Source: Octopus sinensis
Taxonomy: Eukaryota
DNA length: 64,000 bases
Assembly (NCBI RefSeq): GCF_006345805.1
Contig: NC_043008.1
Location: forward strand, 7,874,001 to 7,938,000
Direction of reading: 5' to 3'
Every line of letters starts with the position of its first letter. Position 1 is the first letter of the stretch. The position numbers were made by a program, and so were the translations under genes. The notes beneath the pieces were generated by a model. It made no database searches. It was not told the DNA's origin and was given only the letters and a program-made list of their open reading frames with translations. Of this stretch, positions 52,593-64,000 are shown piece after piece.

Positions 52593-52736
52593 TACAGGGT
52601 AAATGTTTTTTAATTTTCTCCTGGTTTACGGAATTGATGTTATTTTGCGGTTGAAGCATTGGCTGTTATTTCTAGTGGGTGAATGGCCTATTATGGCCGT
52701 TCCTTGATTGTGATATATATATATTATATGTATATA

Positions 52737-52829
<93 letters not shown>

Positions 52830-52833
<4 letters not shown>

Positions 52834-53055
52834 ACGTGTGTTTATAGATGCTTGTGTATTGGCCTTTGTCACCCCACCATAACTTTACGCCCGGTGTTGT
52901 TATGTTTAAGTCCCCGTAACTTACCGATTCGGCAAAAGAGACCGATAGTTTGAGTACTAGGCTTAGAAAGAATAAGTCCTGCGGTCGATTTGTTCGATTA
53001 CAGCGCGTGCTCCAGCATGGCAGCAGTCAAATGACTGAAACAAAAGCATAAAAGA
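52830..53055 (+). mobile_element. SINE 3' half (8997 family); the matching 5' piece appears at 50458-50500
   Basis: The tail matches the family, and TAGACGG.AA.TGAAA.AAGCCCGTCGTAT lies just left of the array. Confidence 0.75.
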
Positions 53056-53190
53056 ATATACTACCAACCATTTTGTGTGGTGGGGGCAGATATATGTGTA
53101 TATGGAGAAAGACACAGAGTGGGTACAAATATATATATACGTATAAAAAGATATAGATGTAGAAATTCATCCATTGCTATATATATATAT

Positions 53191-53296
53191 CACCGTGATC
53201 ACCGTGACCGACCAGGCCATCAGATGTTGTTACACATCGCCGGTCACAATGCGCTTCGCATTGTTTTAGCCTTCAAATGACGCCACCCCGCTGGCT
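53191..53296 (-). mobile_element. SINE 3' fragment (44209 family)
   Basis: CACCGTGATCACCGTGACC..GCCACCCCGCTGGCT is shared with the 44209 copy. Confidence 0.8.
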
Positions 53297-53307
53297 ATGC
53301 TAGCATG

Positions 53308-53339
<32 letters not shown>

Positions 53340-53351
<12 letters not shown>

Positions 53352-53378
53352 TAGATAGATATATAGATAGATAGATAT

Positions 53379-53426
<48 letters not shown>

Positions 53427-53514
53427 GTAATAGATAGATAGAGATAAACGGATAGATAGATAGAGAGAGGAGAGAGAGAGAGAGAGAGATAGATAGATAG
53501 ATAGATAGATAGAT

Positions 53515-53562
<48 letters not shown>

Positions 53563-53590
53563 TGGATGAACAGATAGATATATAGATATA
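53340..53590. repeat. (AGAT)n/(AG)n microsatellite
   Basis: Directly visible. Confidence 0.95.
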
Positions 53591-54046
53591 CAGAAACGTG
53601 TACTTACAACTAAACATACGTAAAAGTATACATACAAATAACCATATTATCAGCATATATACAGGCATATAAATAGACAAGTATACATACATACTAACAC
53701 AAAGTTGGCGACTAGAAAATAGACAATAAGGTTTGGATTCTAGTCAAATGTGTTCACAGGTAATTAACTGACGGAGTATTGTATCGGTCGTAGGTGACCA
53801 GATTGCTCCATAAACAAAAGTACATTCCTTTATAATCAAAAGTGCATTCTTCAGTTAAGTGATTTTTAGTTACTTAATTATATTCCTCTCTCATAATATA
53901 AAGCACACTGTATTGCACTTATGAACTCTGCGTATATCTTCTTCCATGTTTCCCTCGTCTCAAACATTAACAGCAACAATGCTCTGTCCTTACCTTCTTA
54001 TGTGTAATTGGTCTGTTCAAAACAGACACAATCTAGGTGTCTGTAT

Positions 54047-54098
<52 letters not shown>

Positions 54099-54599
54099 TA
54101 CATACATACATACATACATACATGCATACATACATACACACGGTAAATGAAAGCCAAAATATGGAATGCATGATAGTTTATTATTAATCACGACAATTGT
54201 TTCGTCACATCTATGCAATATCGATGTGTGTTATGCAAAACCATAAACCAAGTACTTAAGAACTCTTCAAACAAATTTAAAGATAGACTAGAATCTCAAT
54301 GAAGTTAGACAAAGGAGCAACGATCACATAAGATACTCACATGTAGCAAAACATATAAAGTACTCTTCAGCTCTCATATGGATATCATGACATTTTCGAT
54401 ACCGGGATATATACACTGTTGCATAAACGTGTGTACAAGCTCGTAAGTGCTATACGTAGTTCACAAAAAACAAAAAAAATTAATAATGGTCGAATGAAAT
54501 TCAATAGTTTCTGGAATCTGAAAAAAGATTCCAAACATTTCCTCCTAGATTCACTTCACTAGAAGGCAAATTTTGAACTCGTATGGATCTTTAATTATC

Positions 54600-55076
54600 G
54601 TCAAGCTAGGAGCTGCATCAGACTTTTTAAGAAATGGTTGGCTATTAAATAAATGTCGTCTACCCACTTGGTAATTTCGTAATCAATGGTATCGTGTAGA
54701 GAGTATAAAGATATAGCATGTATTTTATTTACATTATTTACATTTGACGTATATTTGTCCTCATCTTGGTTATAATGGATCCTCTCACGGACGAGGTCAT
54801 GTCCTACCATTTCCGCTACTCTTCTAGCTTTATATAAATCCACTGGTGTCATTGTATTCTAGCCAGGTGGTACTAACTTTGAGTCTTTGCATCTACACAG
54901 GAAAGTTAGGTGGTTTGAAAGATGAACTAGTTTTCGATGGAGTTTCTCTATATGTCTCCATTGAAGTCTAATGTCGGTTCTGTACCAATTAGATAATACA
55001 GTTCTGTGTTTAAGAGATAAGGAATTATGTACATTATTATTTACATAATTCCTCATCTCTTAAATATACAACTGTA
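54600..55076 (-). mobile_element. Penelope-like element ORF N-terminal fragment, rearranged
   Basis: WRHIEKLHRKLVHLSNHLTFLCRCKDSKLVPPG / TPVDLYKARRVAEMVGHDLVRERIH resembles the Penelope-like N-terminal FL.RC...LVP.GL..KTP motif. Confidence 0.6.
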
Positions 55077-56311
55077 GATATAGCATGGATTCTAATATCA
55101 TAATTAGACCGGTGTTTGTACCTGGGGGATAAATGTATACAAAGAATACTGTTTCGAACCGAAAATGCCAATTATTGATATCTTACATTCTGGTTTTGAG
55201 ACCTCTAACACGAACAAGATAATGTCTTTTGCTTCTCTCTGACTAATAGTAACTGCTAGTTTTGTTACTTGAAAATATGTTCGAACTTCATCTACTACTA
55301 CTACGAAGATTTCATCGATTACGAATACTGTCACATCAATTTTAAAACACTTTATATAGATGTTACATAACTTTTCCACAACTTACGGATAATGTCTTGT
55401 AGACGATGTTTTAAATAATTTATTATATCAGACTATCTATTGGATCTATTCGGAATTTTTCTGTTCCATTTATTTCCCTGCGCTATCCATCTCAAATCGT
55501 GTCCGTCCGTTGGCTTCGATCTGTTATAGTTATTGTATGTTCTTTTATGTATTTTATATCATGCACAAAATATGTATTTTTTTGTTTGTTTGTGACTTCC
55601 ACCCTAACAAAAGATTTCTCGAACGTCCCCGTGCTAAATATTTATTGGATCTTTCTGCTTAACCACTATATTTTATGTTTCAAATCGTCTTTATCTCAGG
55701 TAAGAATGATACTGTTCTAATGGCTTTATCCTTTCACCCACGCACATAATCTCTCTCTCCCATTCTTTCTATTTCTTCATTTTCACACTCTTTTTCCTTT
55801 CAAAACATCTCATTCCTTATTCTCCTCTTTATCTAAACCTTTCCCTGATACCACATTTCTTTCTTTATTACATATTTGTTTCTTTAATCTTGATTATATT
55901 TTATTGTGGCTTTACTTCATCCATTGTTTTAAACTCAACAAACGAGCCTACAAGTATTGTACACCTTTATAAAACCAGAAAATGGCGTATTATTCAGCTT
56001 TATATCGCTCGACCATTATGTTCATATAATGTTCACCAACTTTCAATCGATACATCCAAAAGATAAGATCGATGTGGAAAATGTGAAAACCACCTCACCA
56101 ACCACAAACATTTATTAGTCTATTGGTAAACTGATACTCACTGCTGCAATTAATACCATTGTATGTTTCCAAACAACAACTTCAGGCAGATAATGTTAAG
56201 TAATACAGGGGGAAAATGGACTGAGAGTTTTCCCCTTTCAACTTGCTTCTGTCTCGCTTTCTCTTTCCCTCCCTATGTATTTATATATGTGTGTGTGTGT
56301 ATGTGAATGTT

Positions 56312-56380
<69 letters not shown>

Positions 56381-56494
56381 TATATATACATACATATATA
56401 GATATAGATATAGATATAGATATAGATATAGATATAGATATATATACACGTATAGATATAGATATACATATATATACGCCTATAATTGCATATA

Positions 56495-56531
<37 letters not shown>

Positions 56532-58815
56532 TATATATATATATATATATATAATATATATAATATATATATATATATAATGCACACACATATATACATA
56601 CATGCGTACGTACATATATATATCAATTTCCATTAATACACTGAATGGTGTTAATGCCGCATCCAGCGATTCAAGCTGAAACTTTCCAATTATCCATCTC
56701 AAGATTCAATAAGAGTGGCATAAGGATGGAGATATCAAAGAAGATTTTGCGCTGCAAGAATTCACAAAAAGGCAAAGGGTTAATTCGATGGGCGTAATCA
56801 TTTAGGGATCATAATGATTATAACATTACTTTGTGTTGGATTCTTTGCAAATTGCTGGCAGCTTTTGATTTGTAAATACTTATGCACTTATACAATAGAA
56901 GATATGAAAATAACGTCATTATGCTGTAACACAATAGTTAATTGGTATTATTCCTAAGGTTATAAATACTCGAATAAGTATATGCACAAATACACAGTTT
57001 CGTAAGTATCGGGTAAAATATACACGTAATGAGTTCTGTATTGTTGTTGCTGAAATTGTAATGTAAGAATTGGTTTGAAGTGTATGTCAATTCAATCGCG
57101 TACGTGATGTACGGAATTTATCCAACAATAGAAAGCTCTGCCTCCGTGGGTTTACACAAATGTACGCATGCACACACACTCACATATATATATTTATTCA
57201 AGATCGTACAAATGCGTATTTACATGTCGTTATAGGTTGGAATATGTAAATTCACCAAAGATATGTAACAAGAAATAGTGTACATTGGATAATAATTAGG
57301 AGGCAGGTTTATAATACAATGTTCAAAATATACAATCCCTCTAAAAATATTTGTAGTGGAACATGTTGTTATTTCCATTGAGCCAGCGTAGTGTTGGCAT
57401 TATAGTGAATATGAGGGATGTGCTTTCGCTTCAAAGGAACAGCAAGGAACCTCCAAGTATTGCTGGCATTAATAGTAAATCATGGGAATTACTTCTATCT
57501 TAAAAAAAAAAATTACTTATAAGTTTTGACAAGTTTATGATAACAGCAGTTAGTATTTTTAATCTTTGTGGAAACAATTACTGTAATATACTGGCTGTCT
57601 TATACACGACTTCCTGTAAATATTTATCTTGCACTGTGTTTATGAAGTGGGATGGCGATGTTGAACGATTAAAATGTGAATCGTATGAGGATGCACATTT
57701 TTGTTCTTGTGTCTAAACGAGGTGAATTGTGGCTTTAAAGGGAGAAAGGTGTGTAGTTGAAAAGATCGAGGATAGTTGAGCTGGAATTCTGTTAGGTCGG
57801 GGTTGAAATATGTGTAAAGTTAAAATAGTTTAAACTTTGAATTTTTGCACGTTTGATGGATGATAGTCCAGATATAGATTCTTTGTAGGAGGTGTCGATG
57901 GAAGATAGCGTCATAAGAAGTTCGAAATAATTGGAACAGATCTAATACTCATAGGAATAAGGATCTACATGTCGTTAGCTACGAAAGCGCAGCTTTGGTC
58001 CACGTATGTGCCTATTATGAACAATATGTAGGTATAATATCGCAGAGAGGATACATTCACTTATAAAGATGTACCAGTGACTGGTGTAGTGTCACCGCGC
58101 TTCTTTCTGTATAATATCGAAGTCGTCAGTGTGTATATGGATGATAACTTTGATAATAACTTTGATAGGTTTCGGCCAGTACAGACCGACCCAGGCCATG
58201 TCTAACTCAAGAGCACCACCTGGTGAAGTCTTTTAGTCATATATGGGGCAACATAGCCCCCTCTAACAAAGTGTATTATTGTTGGAGGCAATATGAGAAT
58301 AAATAAATCAGAGAGATCAGCGTGTGTCATTATACTAATAAATCATAATCAAGTTTTTACTTATGTAATGCAAGCTTAGTGGTGTTTATAGTTCAAATAT
58401 GTGTCACTGGTTATCCAGGTTAAATATCTTAGTTTGTTGACGTTTCATTTAAACAAAATACAGAGGGCAGAGATGCGTTTAACAAAGCTTTCGTATATGT
58501 ATGCTTACCCTTTTGCTGGAGGCATGGTAAAGCACAAGTCGTGCTAGGATAAAAAATCTTGTCCATACCTCAGCTGCCACTAGGGAAACAAGGAGAAGCA
58601 AAATCAATCGAGGCAGAATTTGAACACGGAAAGTAAAGATGGCTGAAAGATGACCCAGTTTGGTAAGGATTCTGCCAGCTTGCTGATTTACAGACTGAAA
58701 TAATATTAACAATGGGGCTGCCTAATTGAAAAATTGAGTCAAGCACTTAGTTACAGTAAGTTCTGTTTTATGGATTATTTGGCAAATTGTTGAACCATGT
58801 TTTGTTTATAAAATA

Positions 58816-59112
58816 CTAGCACTATCGCCCGGCGTTGCCCGGGTTTGTAAGGGAAATAACTATATACGCATTTATAGAGAGTTACTTCCCTTATATAAAC
58901 CGAGCGAAAATGCATTAAAATACGGAAAAATTGATGGTAATTTTTTAAAATCGTAAACTCATCGTAGACGCGGGCTAATACCCAGAAGGGCTCGATATGA
59001 ATCACGACTATAAGATACCCGGTTTTGGTTAAACTGCACCGCAAAATGTGGGAGTAGTTAGAAATCTAAATCGTAGGAGACAGACACACAGCTTCACATT
59101 TATATATAAAGA
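58816..59112 (-). mobile_element. Non-autonomous Helitron, second copy
   Basis: TC start, CCCGGGCAACGCCGGG hairpin plus CTAG end, A^T target; homologous to 3971-4368. Confidence 0.82.
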
Positions 59113-60906
59113 TATATCCTCTCTTCAAATTCATACTAAATTATATTCAATAACAAATTAATATTGAGATCATACTGAACAAACACAAAACATGCTTTGT
59201 AATGTATAAGTGACAGATTTGACTATTGGACAACATTAATAAAACCAAACTTGAGGAACTGCGAAACTGGAACTGTTTCATCATTCGGAACAATATTTTT
59301 CTTATTCTATTGAAAATAATCCATAATCAGTCATAGCAATAATAGTTAAGGTTAAATCTATTTTCCGTATTTCTGAACGGCGGTTACCCCTGACGAAGGG
59401 TTGTTACCGAAAATTTGCAAACATTAATAAAGACCATAAGTGGATATTGAAAGTATATTTAGTGAATATCATGCAACGATAATATGGACAAAATAATAGG
59501 GTTTCATACAAATGGAGTTTCAATCACGCACGCAAATATACACACTCACATTTGTATTAAGAGTACCATAAATCAGAATCTCATGACTACAATAATATTA
59601 TTCTAGGTTGCAATGGCGATACACAGTTGCAGAGTTGATACTCTCTGTTTCCTATTCTACATATCCCTTTAAAATAACAATTCATTCTCACATGTTGATT
59701 ATGCCTACCTCATAAATAAGTATAATTACACGTCTGCAGCTATTCTTCCTATGAAATACAAGTGGCCAATTAACTTGCTGCACTATCTATGAATATTTAC
59801 AGAAGCAACTAAACGACATTAGATATCACAATTCGCATAATGTTCCAATACAGGTTACGTGAAGAAGTTTAAGTTAAAGATTATCGTAGAAAATACCTCT
59901 CAATGTATTATACACAGTTGTATAATCAGAATTATAATAATACCGTGGCAAAATTTGCCATTAATTTTGTTGGAATCGAAGGCATAACTCACCAATTCAC
60001 TTCGATTCATTCGTCGCTAATTCAGTAAATTAGCAACTGCCTGGTAAAAGGTAACATGAAGCAGTGGAATATTTATGAATTTTAATCGAATGAATACAAA
60101 TTAATATGGGTTCTTCATTCTCGACAGAATGTAATTCATTTAAACATTGCACGATGAACATCCATTGCATCTACCATGGCAGGATGATGCTATACAATCA
60201 CTTGTTTAGAATTTATTTTAACTAATCAACTAAAATTACATTTCCATGTAGTTTATATACAATATTAATGATGCGTTTATAAAAATGATTGAATTAACAA
60301 TATCTTCCAGAATACATTTTTTTCACCTTTCCAATATCTATTATTGACATAATTACTGAACATTTTTGGTGAATTAGAAGAAACCATGCGCAGTGAAATG
60401 TTGTAGGTATTTACAATGATTCCTTAATTTCATATTTAGGTTAAAATGCATTAGTTATGTGGGGAAGAATCACATTCAAAAATAGAATTCTCACGAGAAT
60501 GAAAAGGTAGGGATTCAAAATAATTACATTGATTTTGATTTAATTGTCAATTCATTTCTAATTTGATTGTACATTCAAAATCATCATCAATGTCATGTGA
60601 ATAAATATTAAAAGTTACATGGAGAGGCTACTTTCATTGTTAACATGTTTCCAGTAACGGAAGATATTAAACTTAATATATTCTGAATAGTGTTATGTGG
60701 CATAATATACGAGACTATAATTATAAATGCTGAGATTTATATGTTCTTATATATAACGTATAATGTTAATATTTTCATACGTATTGATTCTAAAATTCCT
60801 CATAATGTTGAAGAATGAAATTTTGGTGCAAAATATATTTTGGTTTTCTCTTATCGCTTTCAACATGTAAATTGATTTTTTATATATCCTTAGCTAAAAT
60901 TAACGC

Positions 60907-60939
<33 letters not shown>

Positions 60940-60940
60940 A

Positions 60941-60990
<50 letters not shown>

Positions 60991-61186
60991 CAATAAGAAA
61001 AGGGAGGGGACCAATAGGTGGTTCATCAACTTTTAGACATTATATAATGTAACTTATTCATTTATATAATAAACTGACAATTACAAGAATATGCATACAT
61101 GTATAATATATTATGCTTTACGTATAAGATATAAAATATATTAATATATAAAGATACGAGTAATTATTACAAAATAACATACATGA

Positions 61187-61221
<35 letters not shown>

Positions 61222-61232
61222 CATATATAGAG

Positions 61233-61320
<88 letters not shown>

Positions 61321-61746
61321 GATAGATAGATGGATGGATGGATAGATGGATGGATGGATGGGTGGATAGATAGAGAGATAAATCGATACAACGATAGATA
61401 GATAGATTGATAGATAGATAAATTGGCCCACTTTAGGTTAGTTGAAATGCGTTTGTGACGTATTTCATTTTTTTTTATCCCATGGTAAAATGTGAAAAAC
61501 CACATTTCATCATGAAAAAGAAAATATTTTCTACGGTAACTGCAGTGAACTTCCTTTATAATAAGCTGGAACATGTTGGTGAGCATATCGTAACTACACT
61601 TAAACTACCTTATGGCTAAGCATTTCTCAGCACTGGTACTGATGTATGTATATTATATATTATATATATGAATATGTATATATATGTATGTATACATATA
61701 TATATATATGTGTGTATACATATATATACATACATACATACATATA

Positions 61747-61749
<3 letters not shown>

Positions 61750-61824
<75 letters not shown>

Positions 61825-61825
61825 T

Positions 61826-61875
<50 letters not shown>

Positions 61876-61948
61876 CAATAAATGGTGAGGTTGTGTGACA
61901 TATATATATATATATATATATATGTCAACACAACCTCACCATTTATTG

Positions 61949-61990
<42 letters not shown>

Positions 61991-62015
61991 ATATATATAT
62001 ATATATATATATATC
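61750..62015. repeat. Palindrome of microsatellites around 27-bp unique inverted arms
   Basis: (TA)n(GATA)n, arm 61874-61900, (TA)n, arm 61923-61950, (TATC)n(TA)n. The arms differ by one inserted base. Confidence 0.85.
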
Positions 62016-62408
62016 CATCATGCCTGTCTCGTGTGTAATCAAAACAATAGCTTCGAAAACAGTTTGAGAGAAGAATCGAAGATTAGTGCTTGATTTCATT
62101 AAAACGTATTATCTTCTCAACCTTTAAAACAAATATGTTATTTCCTTGGACAAAAACGAGTATCTTCAAAATCCGCGTCAGGTATATTCTTATTTGCTAT
62201 TCCTGTGATTAAGATAATGATGCGAAACAAGTTTGCTATGAATACTGGCATTATTTCCGTTGTATATCATTTACTTTCTTCCTGGGGTTAAACAATACAG
62301 AAAATTGGTGAAGATGCTTTACTTCCCACTTTGGGAACAATCTGTTTCTTGCGTTCCTCTATTGGTCTTTGCACAACTGCACTAAATAGAAGACAACACA
62401 CTCACACA

Positions 62409-62499
<91 letters not shown>

Positions 62500-62864
62500 G
62501 CTGAACTCGGAGACGGTTAATACAGAAATGGTTTGTTTATAGTGATCAAATTCTCGTGCCGCACGTTAGCTCACTCTCTCCATCAAATCCACGTTGTCTG
62601 AACACCCGGTCTAGGAAGTGAAACCAAGATCTCGCGATTGTCAGTCCAATCGCCAAACCTCTAGGCCATACACCTTCACAATATTTATGTATGTGTGTGT
62701 GTGTCAACCAGTTATATTTGCCAAAAAATGCATAGGTTGATGTTTTTCTCCGTAGGAAAAGAAAGGAGGGAAAGAAAAACGTGTGTACAAATATATGGAA
62801 CAAGAATCGATTGCAGAACTTATTCCAGCAACAAAACAGCAGAGGTTCTGAATGGCCAAGGCTG

Positions 62865-63190
62865 ATTGAAGAATTCGATAAAAGAAAGTCTAATAAAAAT
62901 CGCTAAGATAGCAAAAATAGAATGTGTGCAAAAGTGGACCACTTTCGTGGTAAGTGAGTGCAGTAAGCTAGCACAAAGCCGTATGAGAAGCAGGTCCCTT
63001 TGTGAGATAAGAGATAATGCATGGGATGTTAGCCAAATTGACGAAAAGGTTATATTGTTACATCTCTAAGAGGTTGTCTGAAAGAAAGATAATTACAGTA
63101 TTTTGAGAGATTTCTCTATTCAGCCTCTCAGAGGGAATTAATGTAATCGTAGTAAACAGAAATTGTAAACATAGTAAGATCATTTACTTC
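62865..63190 (+). mobile_element. Degenerate R4/Dong-like LINE zinc-knuckle region
   Basis: SIKESLIK...VVSECSKLAQ matches the (H)IVSECSKLAQ motif that precedes the endonuclease region. Confidence 0.5.
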
Positions 63191-63578
63191 AGGCATTACT
63201 TTGCAAATCTTAATATAACAAATATAATTTTTATAAACCCTGGACTTCATACTGTCATATATTGTTTCTACCTGTTTATCCACTCATTTTTCTTTTTACT
63301 CTTTAAATCCCGCTCTCTCAATTCAGTGTTGATGTTTTAGCCACAGTTGAAAACCATTGTTAACTATGCACAAAAAATTCTCCATCGCTCAGAAAAAAAT
63401 GAAGTTCTACAGTGAGTTATATACTGCTACAACTAAGGTGTGTAAGCCGATCTTGGAGCATAAAGGTGATCTATAAGTAATGCTGGATTGCAGGAGATCT
63501 TCGGAGAGAATTATTAGAATCAAAATGAGAATCCACATTATAAATAAACGAAAAGAAGGAAGAATAATTACATATATT

Positions 63579-63790
63579 GTTTGTGTGTCTGTGTTTGTCT
63601 CCGTAGCATTGCTTGACAACCGATGCTAGTGTGTTTACGGCACATAGCGGTTCGGCAAAAGAGACCAATAGAATAAGTACTGGGCTTACAAAGAATAAGT
63701 CCCGGGGTCGATTTGCTCGACTAAAGGCGGTGCTCCAGCATGGCCGCAGTCGAATGACTGAAACAAGTAAAAGACTAAAGAGAGTATATA
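63579..63790 (+). mobile_element. SINE 3' half (8997 family)
   Basis: Tail closely matches 9200-9417. Confidence 0.85.
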
Positions 63791-64000
63791 TAATAAAACT
63801 AATCTCTAAGTTAAATGTTGGGACGATATTTAAAGATAAATGCAAGAAAGTAATGCAATAGAAATAAAGTAATAAATAAATGAATGATAGAAACACTATA
63901 ACTCATCGAAAATACTTAGAAAAGCTGAAAAATATGTAGGAAAAATATTATAGGAAAAAATCACTTTACCAAGAAATTATGAATGTGCCACTATTATACG

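Larger units (their letters stand above)
50601..52713. repeat. 493-bp tandem array, inverted at its centre (retrozyme-like)
   Basis: Forward units 50601-51100 and 51101-51537; reverse units 51532-51865 (159-bp deletion), 51866-52358 and 52359-52713. Period is 493-494 bp measured between HHR sites. Confidence 0.95.

Noticed and set aside
59385-59420. CTGACGA-AGG..CC-GAAA motif
   Set aside because: Stem II has only 2-3 pairs and stem I does not form.

Overview
This is AT-rich eukaryotic DNA, dense in microsatellites and transposons. The recurring tRNA-derived SINE families look like those of Octopus, so a cephalopod origin is my inference from recognition, not from a search. I see no prokaryotic genes, no rRNA or true tRNA genes, no CRISPR array and no confidently annotatable host gene; there are only two weak candidate exons. 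Most ORF-track entries are microsatellite or SINE artefacts. Recognisable content: about 15 SINE copies, a Tc1 and a mariner transposase relic, a Helitron helicase fragment, two non-autonomous Helitrons, an RTE-like LINE 3' end, a cluster of R4/Dong-like LINE ends in (TAA)n arrays, and Penelope-like fragments. The main result is a set of type I hammerhead ribozyme (HHR) folds from about five unrelated repeat families. The most striking is a 493-nt tandem unit with one HHR per monomer (retrozyme-like), arranged as a 2.1-kb head-to-head fold-back palindrome (50601-52713) inside the microsatellite of a SINE. A separate inverted pair (44989-45675) carries an HHR with a fully canonical core. All folds were checked by eye; none was computed or tested for cleavage.
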